This document shows positions 18,228 through 25,389 of a stretch of DNA of 64,000 nucleotides, in pieces. Both the position numbers and the translations under genes were made by a program. The notes beneath the pieces were generated by a model. That model was not told where the DNA came from. It did no database searches and worked only from the letters and a program-made list of their open reading frames with translations. Position 1 is the stretch's first letter. Each line of letters starts with the position of its first letter. The DNA lies in assembly GCA_945873105.1 (NCBI GenBank), contig CAMCBW010000029.1, positions 9,091 through 73,090 of the forward strand, in the 5' to 3' direction. Source of the stretch: Tangfeifania diversioriginum. Lineage in GTDB: Bacteria; Bacteroidota; Bacteroidia; Bacteroidales; Prolixibacteraceae.

Positions 18228-18326
18228 GGCAGAGAGCATAGGGCAGAGAGCATAGGGCATAGAGTTAGCCCATGCCCCATGCCCCATGCCCCATGCCCCA
18301 CGCTCCATGCCCCACGCCCCATGCCC
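18222..18326. repeat. Inverted pair of tandem word arrays: (GCATAGGGCAGAGA)x3, then (CCCATGC)x8
   Basis: The left arm 18222-18263 begins inside the thioesterase stop codon (TAG at 18225-18227). The right arm 18268-18326 is partly complementary to it (GCATAGGGC versus the reverse complement GCATGGGGC). Confidence 0.85.
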
Positions 18327-18448
18327 TGGTACAAAGCCATTGGCAGCCTTCAGAAACCTTTGCCTAATGTTACAATTGGGTTTGGCAACGATAAAAATTG
18401 CCATACGGAGCGCAAACCAGAATAGTGATAGGAACTCTTCTTTGGACT

Positions 18449-18679
18449 GTCACACCAGAATCGTAGACAATCACTCCTGCTCCATCGAAGGTCATACCTG
18501 AATCATAGACAATCCCTCCTGTTCCATCGAAGGTCGTACCTGATTCGTAGACAGTTATACCTGAATCATTGACAGTCATCCCTGAGTCATAGACAGTCAT
18601 CCCTGAGTCATAGACAGTCATCCCTGAATCGTAGACGGTCACTCCTGCTCCGTGGTAGGTCATACCTGGATCATTGACA
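18449..18679. repeat. 21-bp tandem repeat, 11 units, two alternating subtypes
   Basis: Units such as gtcatccctgagtcatagaca (two exact adjacent copies at 18575-18616) alternate early in the array with atcactcctgctccatcgaag. Only one minus-strand frame is open, giving the 97-aa ORF 18370..18663 with heptads MTVYDSG. Confidence 0.9.
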
Positions 18680-18745
18680 GATACTTGTCATTTCCCGAAG
18701 GGGGGGGTGTCGTTTTGCCCCCTCCAGCCCAATGATTTTTCTTAC

Positions 18746-19486
18746 TTATTGTGGCTGTGGTGTTCCCGGTGTGACGGGCATATCTGCCTCTTTTTTTGAA
18801 ATGCGTCGTACCCGTTTTTTCAGTGCGGCGAGGGTATATTCCTGTTGTTTTACCGCATCCTTGCCCTGGTACAGGATTTTTCCGATTCGTAAAATCTCTG
18901 TTAACTGACTGTTCAGAACGTTTAGGGTTTCAACATTGCTTTGCACCAATGCTTTCCGGTTCGTAAGGATTTGGTACTGCAACTGCCGGTCGGTGTTTAA
19001 GGAAGCATGAGCATTCAGTAGTTTGGTCTCCAGCAATTCGGTAAATCCTTGTTCGGCAAGGGCCGCCTTGTAAGTCGCTATGTTTTTGTTCACCTCTGTC
19101 ATTCGGTCTAGCACCTTTTCCGGATCTCCGTTGTTGATTCCTTTCCGCAACTCAGAGAGTCCGAAATCGGCAGCAGAGAGGTTAATGCTGCTGCCGGCCA
19201 TTTTGAGGTAGCCCCCCAGATGTTTGACATGGTCCAGTACATCATTCATCCCCGAATAGATCCTGTCGGTAATTTTTTTCATCTCGGCGGTCTCCGAAGC
19301 GGGGGAAAGTAATTCTTCAACTTTGGCAATTCCGGATTCGAAAGTAGCCAGGTAGGTTTCGCCCAACTTTGGCGAGTAAGCAGTAAAATCGGCCAGGTCG
19401 CGTCTCAGGCTAATCGCTGAAAACCTGCATAAAACAGCCAATTCTTCGTCTTTGCAATTGTAACTGCGGTTCATGTTCAAGTTCAT
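18746..19486 (-). CDS. Hypothetical protein (helical, no recognised motif)
   Basis: 246-aa ORF with host-like base composition. No catalytic or recombinase motifs were seen. Confidence 0.5.
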   Translation of the reverse strand: MNLNMNRSYNCKDEELAVLCRFSAISLRRDLADFTAYSPKLGETYLATFESGIAKVEELLSPASETAEMKKITDRIYSGMNDVLDHVKHLGGYLKMAGSSINLSAADFGLSELRKGINNGDPEKVLDRMTEVNKNIATYKAALAEQGFTELLETKLLNAHASLNTDRQLQYQILTNRKALVQSNVETLNVLNSQLTEILRIGKILYQGKDAVKQQEYTLAALKKRVRRISKKEADMPVTPGTPQPQ

Positions 19487-20191
19487 TTAAAATAAATTTA
19501 AGGGATTAATAATAAATGTTTGAGAACTATAGGATGGTTAAACCCGTTGGTCAGCGAGTGACTTTAATCCACCTTCTGACATACTTCGCTTAACGTATCA
19601 TTCCGGAGTTGTAGTAAGTTCTGAATCAGCGATGATGGGTAACGCTTGTGTTGAAATTCGAAGGAACCGGATTATTGCAGGGGCCAATTTGACAACCAGG
19701 TAAGCGGTCGGTAGCACAAAGGGCAGCTGAGTGCCGTTTTCTGTATATTAATACCCAAATGGGGCGAGAGGTTACCCTCAAAATGAGAAAAAAACAAAAT
19801 GGTCATTTAGGGCGTTGCCGGAATGCACCTCCTTCATTTCCGTAGCCCGAAGGCTAAGGCTAGTCAGGTCGGTCGAATAACGAAACCGCAACAATCGAAA
19901 TGACATGTATTTCGCAAAATGGTAATTGACTAGCAACGCCATTTATGGCGGTGTTTTTATGGCGTTGACCAAATACACCCCTATTCCGCCAAGGCTTTAG
20001 CCGAAATATTGGCAGTTACCAACCGTGCCCAACCCAGGCATGTCCGGCACATTTTCCCTTTCTAAAGCTTTGGTATTCAAATATTATTAGGTAAGTTTAT
20101 CGTGCCTGTAACACCCAACAAACCTGCCTCAATTTATCGCAAATCACAGTCTAAACCTAGGCTTGTAGTGGGTATATAAGAGCTAGGCGTA

Positions 20192-20962
20192 ATGCTATGT
20201 AACAAAATAACATTAATTGACATGAGAAATTTTAGTGAATTTGAGAAGAAAATAATTAATAAGTTAATTGCTATTGATCCCAAAAATTCAAATGCTGGAA
20301 CTTTCATTGCAGACACAATCCTTGAAAATAGGGGCATTAAGATAGAAGAAGAAGAAAGAATTATATCTCTTTGGTATCTAAAAACTGATAAAAATGCCAT
20401 AAGCGAGTTTTTTGAATTGATATCAGTATTAAACTATTTAGAAAAAAACGATTTAATTTTCATTCATTCAAATCTGGAAAGACCAATAGGGACAAGAGAT
20501 TTTCTTACAAAGAATATTGACCAGCCTTATTTTGACAGCAGAAACGGCGACTTAATGAGTATGCCAATTCCCACTGACATATTTGACCGAATCGTAAGAT
20601 ATTTAAGAAGTTATTTAATTTGTGGGACAGAGATAAAAGTATTAGTTACGAATGAGTTTAAAACACAAGAACAAATAGACCATGAAGCCGAAATGAAAGA
20701 AGCTATTTCGCAGACGAGGCTTTCGAGGTACTCACTTTATGTTGCCTTTGCTGCTTTAGCATTTTCATTTTTATCACCATTAATTTTTGACTCAACAATA
20801 GACAAAACTCAAATAAACAAAATAAACACTGCTGATCAGGCCCAAGTTGACAACTTAGTAGACATTAAAAAATTTCTAAAAGAAAGTATTGACTCAATGC
20901 ATAAACAATCACATAGGCCTAACAGCACTTTTCCAAAAGCGGGGCAGACAAAAGTTAAATGA
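20192..20962 (+). CDS. Hypothetical protein with one C-terminal transmembrane helix (orphan island gene)
   Basis: 256-aa AT-rich ORF with a TM segment (SLYVAFAALAFSFLSPLIF) near the C-terminus. No recognisable motif. The start may be the Met at 20222. Confidence 0.55.
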   Translation: MLCNKITLIDMRNFSEFEKKIINKLIAIDPKNSNAGTFIADTILENRGIKIEEEERIISLWYLKTDKNAISEFFELISVLNYLEKNDLIFIHSNLERPIGTRDFLTKNIDQPYFDSRNGDLMSMPIPTDIFDRIVRYLRSYLICGTEIKVLVTNEFKTQEQIDHEAEMKEAISQTRLSRYSLYVAFAALAFSFLSPLIFDSTIDKTQINKINTADQAQVDNLVDIKKFLKESIDSMHKQSHRPNSTFPKAGQTKVK

Positions 20963-20988
20963 AGATTCGTACAACTAATAAATTTTGT

Positions 20989-21048
20989 GGTAACTTGACA
21001 GGATAGTGTTCTGAAAGCCCCGCCTTCGCCAAGCCGAAAACCGTTATG
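20989..21048 (+). repeat. attC-like spacer J1 (about 60 bp)
   Basis: ggTAACTTGACAGG...GCCCCGCCttcgCCAAGCCGAAAACCGTTAtg. TAAC and GTTA termini, CTTG/CAAG pairing next to the termini, and a GCCCCGCC box. Confidence 0.35.
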
Positions 21049-21142
21049 TGCAATTGTACGACGCTTTGTCGAGCGGTTTTTGGTTGATAAATAGGCTAAA
21101 ATATTTTCATTTGAATTGCATTGATTAGAAGCCATAAAACTT

Positions 21143-21150
21143 TAAATTTG
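21143..21150 (+). promoter_or_regulatory. Bacteroidota-type -7 promoter box TAAATTTG
   Basis: Matches TAnnTTTG, 21 nt upstream of the methyltransferase ATG. Confidence 0.5.
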
Positions 21151-21170
21151 AGATTTAATAAAGTAAATCC

Positions 21171-22148
21171 ATGGAGAGAATAAAATTTATAGATCTATTT
21201 TGCGGAATAGGAGGCTTCAGAACTGCAATGGATCAAGCCTGCATCGAGAATGGACTCATTCCTAACTGTGTGTTTTCATCAGACATTGACACATTTTGCC
21301 AAGACAGCTACGAAGCAAATTTTGGACATAGACCGGCAGGAGACATAACCAAAATCGACGAAAAAGATATACCTGATCACGACATTCTTTTTGCAGGTTT
21401 TCCATGCCAGCCATTCAGTATAATTGGACAAATGCAAGGTTTTAACGATATTCGTGGCACTTTATTCTTTGACATTGCAAGGATTATAAAACATAAAAGA
21501 CCAAAAGCCTTTATCTTAGAAAATGTAAAGCAACTTGTTGGACACGATGGGGGTAAAACACTAAAGACTATCATAAAAACTTTAGAAAAGGAATTAGGTT
21601 ATAATGTGCAATTTGCGGTATTAAATGCACTTGATTACGGACTTCCACAAAAGCGCGAACGTGTTATCATAGTTGGACACCGTGAACCTATAATGTTTAG
21701 TTATCCATCGCCTGTCAGACCTTTTAAACCACTTTCAGAAATCCTTGAAACAAAGGTTGACAAAAAGCATTTGGCATCTGATTACATTGTACAAAAACGC
21801 AAAGACAAACATAATTCGGCTTATCCGCTTTCTATTTGGCACGAGAACAAAGCAGGTAATATTTGCTCATATCCATATTCTTGTGCTTTACGTGCAGGAG
21901 CCTCTTATAATTATTTACTCGTAAATGGAGAAAGACGATTGACTCCAAGAGAAATGCTTCGGTTACAAGGATTCCCAGACAGTTATAAAATAGTAGTAGC
22001 TGATGGACAAGCCAGAAAACAGGCTGGGAATGCTGTTCCTGTTAATATTGTTAAAGCAGTTATTTTAAAATTACTTCCGTTTGTTGCAACCTCATTGGAT
22101 ATGACTTCGGTTTTAAGAGAATATGAAGTAAGCTATGGAAAACGATAA
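21171..22148 (+). CDS. DNA (cytosine-5)-methyltransferase
   Basis: Motif I FIDLFCGIGGF, motif IV FAGFPCQPFS, motif VI ENVKQL, motif VIII QKRERVIIVG, motif IX RRLTPREMLRLQGFPDSY and motif X GNAVPVN. The segment YLLVNGERRLTPRE resembles the M.HhaI-type region before motif IX. Confidence 0.93.
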   Translation: MERIKFIDLFCGIGGFRTAMDQACIENGLIPNCVFSSDIDTFCQDSYEANFGHRPAGDITKIDEKDIPDHDILFAGFPCQPFSIIGQMQGFNDIRGTLFFDIARIIKHKRPKAFILENVKQLVGHDGGKTLKTIIKTLEKELGYNVQFAVLNALDYGLPQKRERVIIVGHREPIMFSYPSPVRPFKPLSEILETKVDKKHLASDYIVQKRKDKHNSAYPLSIWHENKAGNICSYPYSCALRAGASYNYLLVNGERRLTPREMLRLQGFPDSYKIVVADGQARKQAGNAVPVNIVKAVILKLLPFVATSLDMTSVLREYEVSYGKR

Positions 22149-22887
22149 AGCACCAAAACTACGAACTGTAAATAAATCCGTTTCGGCCTTCCCCTTAAAT
22201 GAGTTTCCCAAAGAGTTTCCTTATCTACTTGGCAAAGAGTTAATCTACTTGCTTGCTTCAAAAGGGAAGCCTGAACTTGAAGGCTCAGAATGGGAAAATA
22301 TTTTCGCAAACTGTATTGGTGCAGACTGGAAGCCATCCAATGTTGGACTTGACGATGTTGTAATGGGCAATACTGCTTGGGGTGCAAAAACTGTAAAAGC
22401 AACCAATCCATCCACACAAAAAAAGGTGAGATTAATCTCTGGTCGTAATTCTCCAAATTATTCATTTGGGGAACGTAGTGATCAGGGAGCAGATGCACAG
22501 CTAATTGGTAAGCTTGTTCTTGAGATTTGGAATGAAAGGGTTTCTTCAATTCGTGAAAAGTATAAACATTTGAGAACAATCGTTCTTCTCAAATCCAACG
22601 ACCTTTCAGAAGTTGTAGTCTTTGAATTCGATACGATTCGTTACGACCACGAACTTTATAATTGGGAATGGAACAAAAACAATAACTTAGTTGGAACTCA
22701 CAAACAGACTGGTGAACATTGTTTTACTTGGCAACCACACGGCTCACAATTTACTATTATCGAAGACGTTCCAGCTAAAAGTTTGGTGATAAAGATCAAA
22801 CAACCTCCAATTTTAGACAAAGTAAAGATACTAACAGCCCTTGGATTTGATAATACTTGGATTACGATAATTCACAAAAATGACTGA
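22135..22887 (+). CDS. Putative type II restriction endonuclease (partner of the m5C methyltransferase)
   Basis: 250-aa ORF that overlaps the methyltransferase stop by 14 nt and has the same AT-rich composition. No family motif was recognised, so the call is by position only. Confidence 0.5.
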   Translation: MENDKAPKLRTVNKSVSAFPLNEFPKEFPYLLGKELIYLLASKGKPELEGSEWENIFANCIGADWKPSNVGLDDVVMGNTAWGAKTVKATNPSTQKKVRLISGRNSPNYSFGERSDQGADAQLIGKLVLEIWNERVSSIREKYKHLRTIVLLKSNDLSEVVVFEFDTIRYDHELYNWEWNKNNNLVGTHKQTGEHCFTWQPHGSQFTIIEDVPAKSLVIKIKQPPILDKVKILTALGFDNTWITIIHKND

Positions 22888-22927
22888 CACGCTTAGGAGA
22901 AATCTTAAGAAAAATTAGCAACAGCCC

Positions 22928-23053
22928 ATAACTTCAGCTACCCGTCAAGCGCGGCAGCAGTGGTTTTCGGTGGGCATCTTTCCGCCCGGTCATCTTTTCG
23001 GCTTGACAGGAAATCGCCCGCAATCCGCCCCTGCGTGTAGCTTCCTACTTTAC
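22928..23053 (+). repeat. attC-like spacer J2 (about 126 bp, degenerate 3' end)
   Basis: The 5' end is cATAACttcAGCTAC and the 3' end is GTAGCTtcctacTTTAC. There is an internal 9/10 inverted repeat CCCGTCAAGC (22941-22950) / GCTTGACAGG (23001-23010). It shares TTGACAGG and TTTTCGGCTTG words with J1. Confidence 0.3.
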
Positions 23054-23063
23054 TAGTAAGTAT

Positions 23064-23576
23064 ATGACACGACAGCTCATACATAGAATTTTTGCTTGGA
23101 CAATAGACTTTGGAATTATTGTTTTGTATGCCATTTTGCTTTTCGCAGTGACGAGCTTGTTCTTTGACGTTAGACAAGCAGGCTTGAACCCATATTTCGG
23201 ACAGCTAATCGGCTTTTTGACATTGACATTGCCAGTAATAACCTATTCGTATTTGACAGAGAAAGGTAATTGGAAAGCGACCATCGGAAAAAGAGTACTT
23301 AATTTGATAGTTTTGACTCCTGAAAATAAGACGAACAAGAGCATTTTGATAAGGAATCTATTGAAATATTTACCTTGGGAACTTGCTCATACGGGAGTTC
23401 ACTGGATTATCTATTTTGAATCAGTTGGTAGAGAAACACCAATTTGGACATGGATTATTCTAATTGTGCCACAAGTTTTGGTGATTGTTTACTTTATTAG
23501 CATAATTCTTAGTAAGGGACAGGCCAGTGTTTATGACAGGATTTCAGGAACAAGACTGCAACTTAGAACTGTTTGA
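23064..23576 (+). CDS. RDD-family membrane protein
   Basis: 170 aa and multi-TM. It has an N-terminal R...IDF motif (HRIFAWTIDFGII), a central GKRVLNL and a C-terminal YDRISGTRL, as in RDD-domain proteins. Confidence 0.65.
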   Translation: MTRQLIHRIFAWTIDFGIIVLYAILLFAVTSLFFDVRQAGLNPYFGQLIGFLTLTLPVITYSYLTEKGNWKATIGKRVLNLIVLTPENKTNKSILIRNLLKYLPWELAHTGVHWIIYFESVGRETPIWTWIILIVPQVLVIVYFISIILSKGQASVYDRISGTRLQLRTV

Positions 23577-23594
23577 TTGGAAGAAATACCTACT

Positions 23595-23723
23595 GGTAAC
23601 AGCACATTTGCAACAGGCTGGGTTTCGTGCTCCGCAAACAGTTTTGTGGTACCGGAAATTCTGTGCTCCGCATCATCATTTGCGGTGAAAAGCCCGCCCA
23701 TCGCAAATCTGCAAAACGTTATG
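23595..23723 (+). repeat. attC-like spacer J3 (about 129 bp)
   Basis: ggTAACagcacATTTGC...AAGCCCGCCcatcGCAAATctgcaaaacGTTAtg, with an internal stem CCGCAAA / TTTGCGG and a duplicated GTGCTCCGCA. Confidence 0.38.
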
Positions 23724-23782
23724 AGTCATAGTCGAGAAAATCATAATCTGAAAACAGTTTCTATATAACGAAACTTTTTATA

Positions 23783-23790
23783 TATCTTTG
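23783..23790 (+). promoter_or_regulatory. Bacteroidota-type -7 promoter box TATCTTTG
   Basis: Matches TAnnTTTG, 21 nt upstream of the toxin ATG. Confidence 0.5.
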
Positions 23791-23810
23791 CTGTATCAAG
23801 AATCATGTGA

Positions 23811-24170
23811 ATGGACAATTTTTTTGACATTGTATTATTAGATGAAGCATATGAATTTCTCAGTAATCTTGAAAAGAAACACTACGAAAAGATCCTTTTT
23901 AATATTCGTAAAGCTCAGACAAGGCAAGATCCAGAACTATTCAAAAAACTGAAAGATGAAATCTGGGAATTCAGAACGCTATATCAAGGAATACATTACA
24001 GATTGTTTGCATTTTGGGACAAGACTAATATTGGAAATACCCTTGTTATTTCAACACATGGAATAGTCAAGAAAACCAGTAAAGCTCCTGATAGCGAAAT
24101 CCATAAAGCAAAACAAATACGATCACGATATTTTGAAGACAAAGAAACCGCTAAAACGACAAAGAAATGA
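23811..24170 (+). CDS. higB: RelE/HigB-like (Gp49-type) toxin
   Basis: 119 aa and basic. It lies upstream of, and overlaps by 4 nt, an XRE-HTH gene, which is the HigBA gene order. The core WEFRTLYQGIHYRLFAFWD is typical of Gp49/HigB toxins. Confidence 0.7.
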   Translation: MDNFFDIVLLDEAYEFLSNLEKKHYEKILFNIRKAQTRQDPELFKKLKDEIWEFRTLYQGIHYRLFAFWDKTNIGNTLVISTHGIVKKTSKAPDSEIHKAKQIRSRYFEDKETAKTTKK

Positions 24171-24481
24171 AAACACATACTTTAGACGAAGTCCAGGATA
24201 AACTTATCGGTAAAATTGGTACGCCCAACCGAGACCGATTTGAATATGAATTACAAATGGACCTAATTGGCCAAGCCATAAAACAGACTAGACAGGAGCG
24301 AAAATTAACCCAGGAAGAATTAGGTAAACTCATTGGGGTACAAAAAGCTCAAATATCAAGAATTGAAAATAATGCCAGCAATGTTACTATTGAGACCCTT
24401 ATGCGGGTATTTAATGCTTTACAGGCTAAAGTAATGTTAAGTGTTGAATTGCCTCACTTCAAAATCAGTCTGGGGCAATAA
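24167..24481 (+). CDS. higA: XRE-family HTH antitoxin (HigA-like)
   Basis: 104 aa with the HTH LTQEELGKLIGVQKAQISRIENN. Confidence 0.8.
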   Translation: MKTHTLDEVQDKLIGKIGTPNRDRFEYELQMDLIGQAIKQTRQERKLTQEELGKLIGVQKAQISRIENNASNVTIETLMRVFNALQAKVMLSVELPHFKISLGQ

Positions 24482-24490
24482 CTACGGCCC

Positions 24491-24614
24491 ATAACAAACG
24501 CCAAATTCCATAGGGGGTCAATAGATCATATTCATTTACTCCTGCCAGAAACACAAACCAAACTAAAACTAACAAACATCATAAACCCGCCCGGCGTTTG
24601 ACGTCAAAACGTTA
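24491..24614 (+). repeat. attC-like spacer J4 (about 124 bp)
   Basis: ATAACAAACGCC...AACCCGCCcGGCGTTTGacgtcaaaacGTTAaa. AACAAACGCC pairs with GGCGTTTG, and the spacer begins 10 nt after the antitoxin stop. Confidence 0.4.
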
Positions 24615-24786
24615 AAAAAAGCACTACCGCTAATAACTAAGGCTTCGTGTGGTTGAGGGAGGAAACCCAATGGAAAGCCCTGTTGCACGGAATTTGTGCC
24701 TGGGAGTGGCATCAAATCAAAAATTCCAGAAAATTCGCCTAATAAATGAGCTGAAATTCTGAATCAGGATAGGCATCAGCCTAGAT

Positions 24787-25389
24787 TCACACCGTCAGGA
24801 TAAATGTCACCAGAAACGGCACCAATATGGTAAGAACAATTCCGCTGAAAACGGCTATAACTGCATAGGATTTGCCAGAGTATCTGGTGATAACCGGCAA
24901 GGTGGTATCCATGGCAGTGGCCCCCCCCGAGGCTATTCCTGCCAGGTTGCCAAAATATCTTACCAGGATGGGTGTAAGCAGTAAAGTGGCTACTTCCCTG
25001 AAAATATTCGATAGCAGCGCCACAACCCCCAATGAATGACTGTGTAGCTGTGTGATAAATACACTGGAGAGACTGTAATACCCAAAGCCTGCTCCAACTG
25101 CCAGTGTTTCGCGCAGGGTGAGGGAGGGCAAGAGAAGTGCCGCCAGTGCTGACCCCATCATCGTGCCTGTCACGATGGTTACGGGCACCCAAATGATCTT
25201 GTAATTGTGGGAGGCAAGGACACTCCATGAATTTTTGTCACTACCGATGCTGATACCGGCCAGCAACATCAATAGGTAGAGCGCATAACTGCCAAGTTTG
25301 TCAAAATCAAAGCCTGCTGGCAACTTCCCGGAGAGTCCGGCAAAAACCCCGGCAACAAAGAAGCCAAAAATGATAAGGCTACTTTTCAT
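24787..25389 (-). CDS. LysO-family (DUF340) membrane protein, large part
   Basis: Multi-TM protein starting MKSSLIIFGFFVAGVFAGLS. It is paired with a 92-aa DUF340-like ORF upstream, the usual two-gene arrangement. The ORF opens at 25464, but Met 25389 is preferred. Confidence 0.65.
   Translation of the reverse strand: MKSSLIIFGFFVAGVFAGLSGKLPAGFDFDKLGSYALYLLMLLAGISIGSDKNSWSVLASHNYKIIWVPVTIVTGTMMGSALAALLLPSLTLRETLAVGAGFGYYSLSSVFITQLHSHSLGVVALLSNIFREVATLLLTPILVRYFGNLAGIASGGATAMDTTLPVITRYSGKSYAVIAVFSGIVLTILVPFLVTFILTV

Larger units (their letters stand above)
19878..24616 (+). mobile_element. AT-rich accessory island organised as co-oriented cassette-like modules separated by TAAC...GTTA structured spacers (integron-cassette-like; no integrase in the window)
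   Basis: There is an abrupt, visible drop in G+C relative to both flanks. All six ORFs are on the + strand. GC-richer spacers with shared end motifs separate the modules. Content is R-M, TA and orphan membrane proteins. Confidence 0.45.

Noticed and set aside
18370-18663. Annotating the 97-aa heptad-repeat ORF as a CDS.
   Set aside because: The repeat extends beyond the only ATG, and there is no promoter box or signal peptide. The frame may be open only because the period is a multiple of 3 and the unit lacks stops. It is kept as a finding, not as a gene.
19487-20191. The ORF-free 700 bp as a tRNA, tmRNA or RNase P RNA gene.
   Set aside because: I could find no T-loop (GGTTCRANYC) or acceptor-stem pattern, no RNase P GAGGAAAGTCC box and no tmRNA tag reading frame.
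22133-22579. A 148-aa minus-strand ORF inside the putative restriction-enzyme gene.
   Set aside because: It is antisense to the ORF that is translationally linked to the methyltransferase. Its translation is Gln/His/Leu-rich with no features.
19487-24786. Calling the island a complete integron or an integrative element.
   Set aside because: No tyrosine or serine recombinase, transposase or tRNA target is visible in or next to the island. The divergent 246-aa ORF has no recombinase motifs. Only a cassette-array-like (CALIN-like) hypothesis is retained.
24776-25228. A 150-aa alternative-frame ORF within lysO.
   Set aside because: It is on the same strand as, and out of frame with, a polytopic membrane protein that has a coherent TM pattern. 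The alternative translation is Gly/His/Arg-rich and not protein-like.
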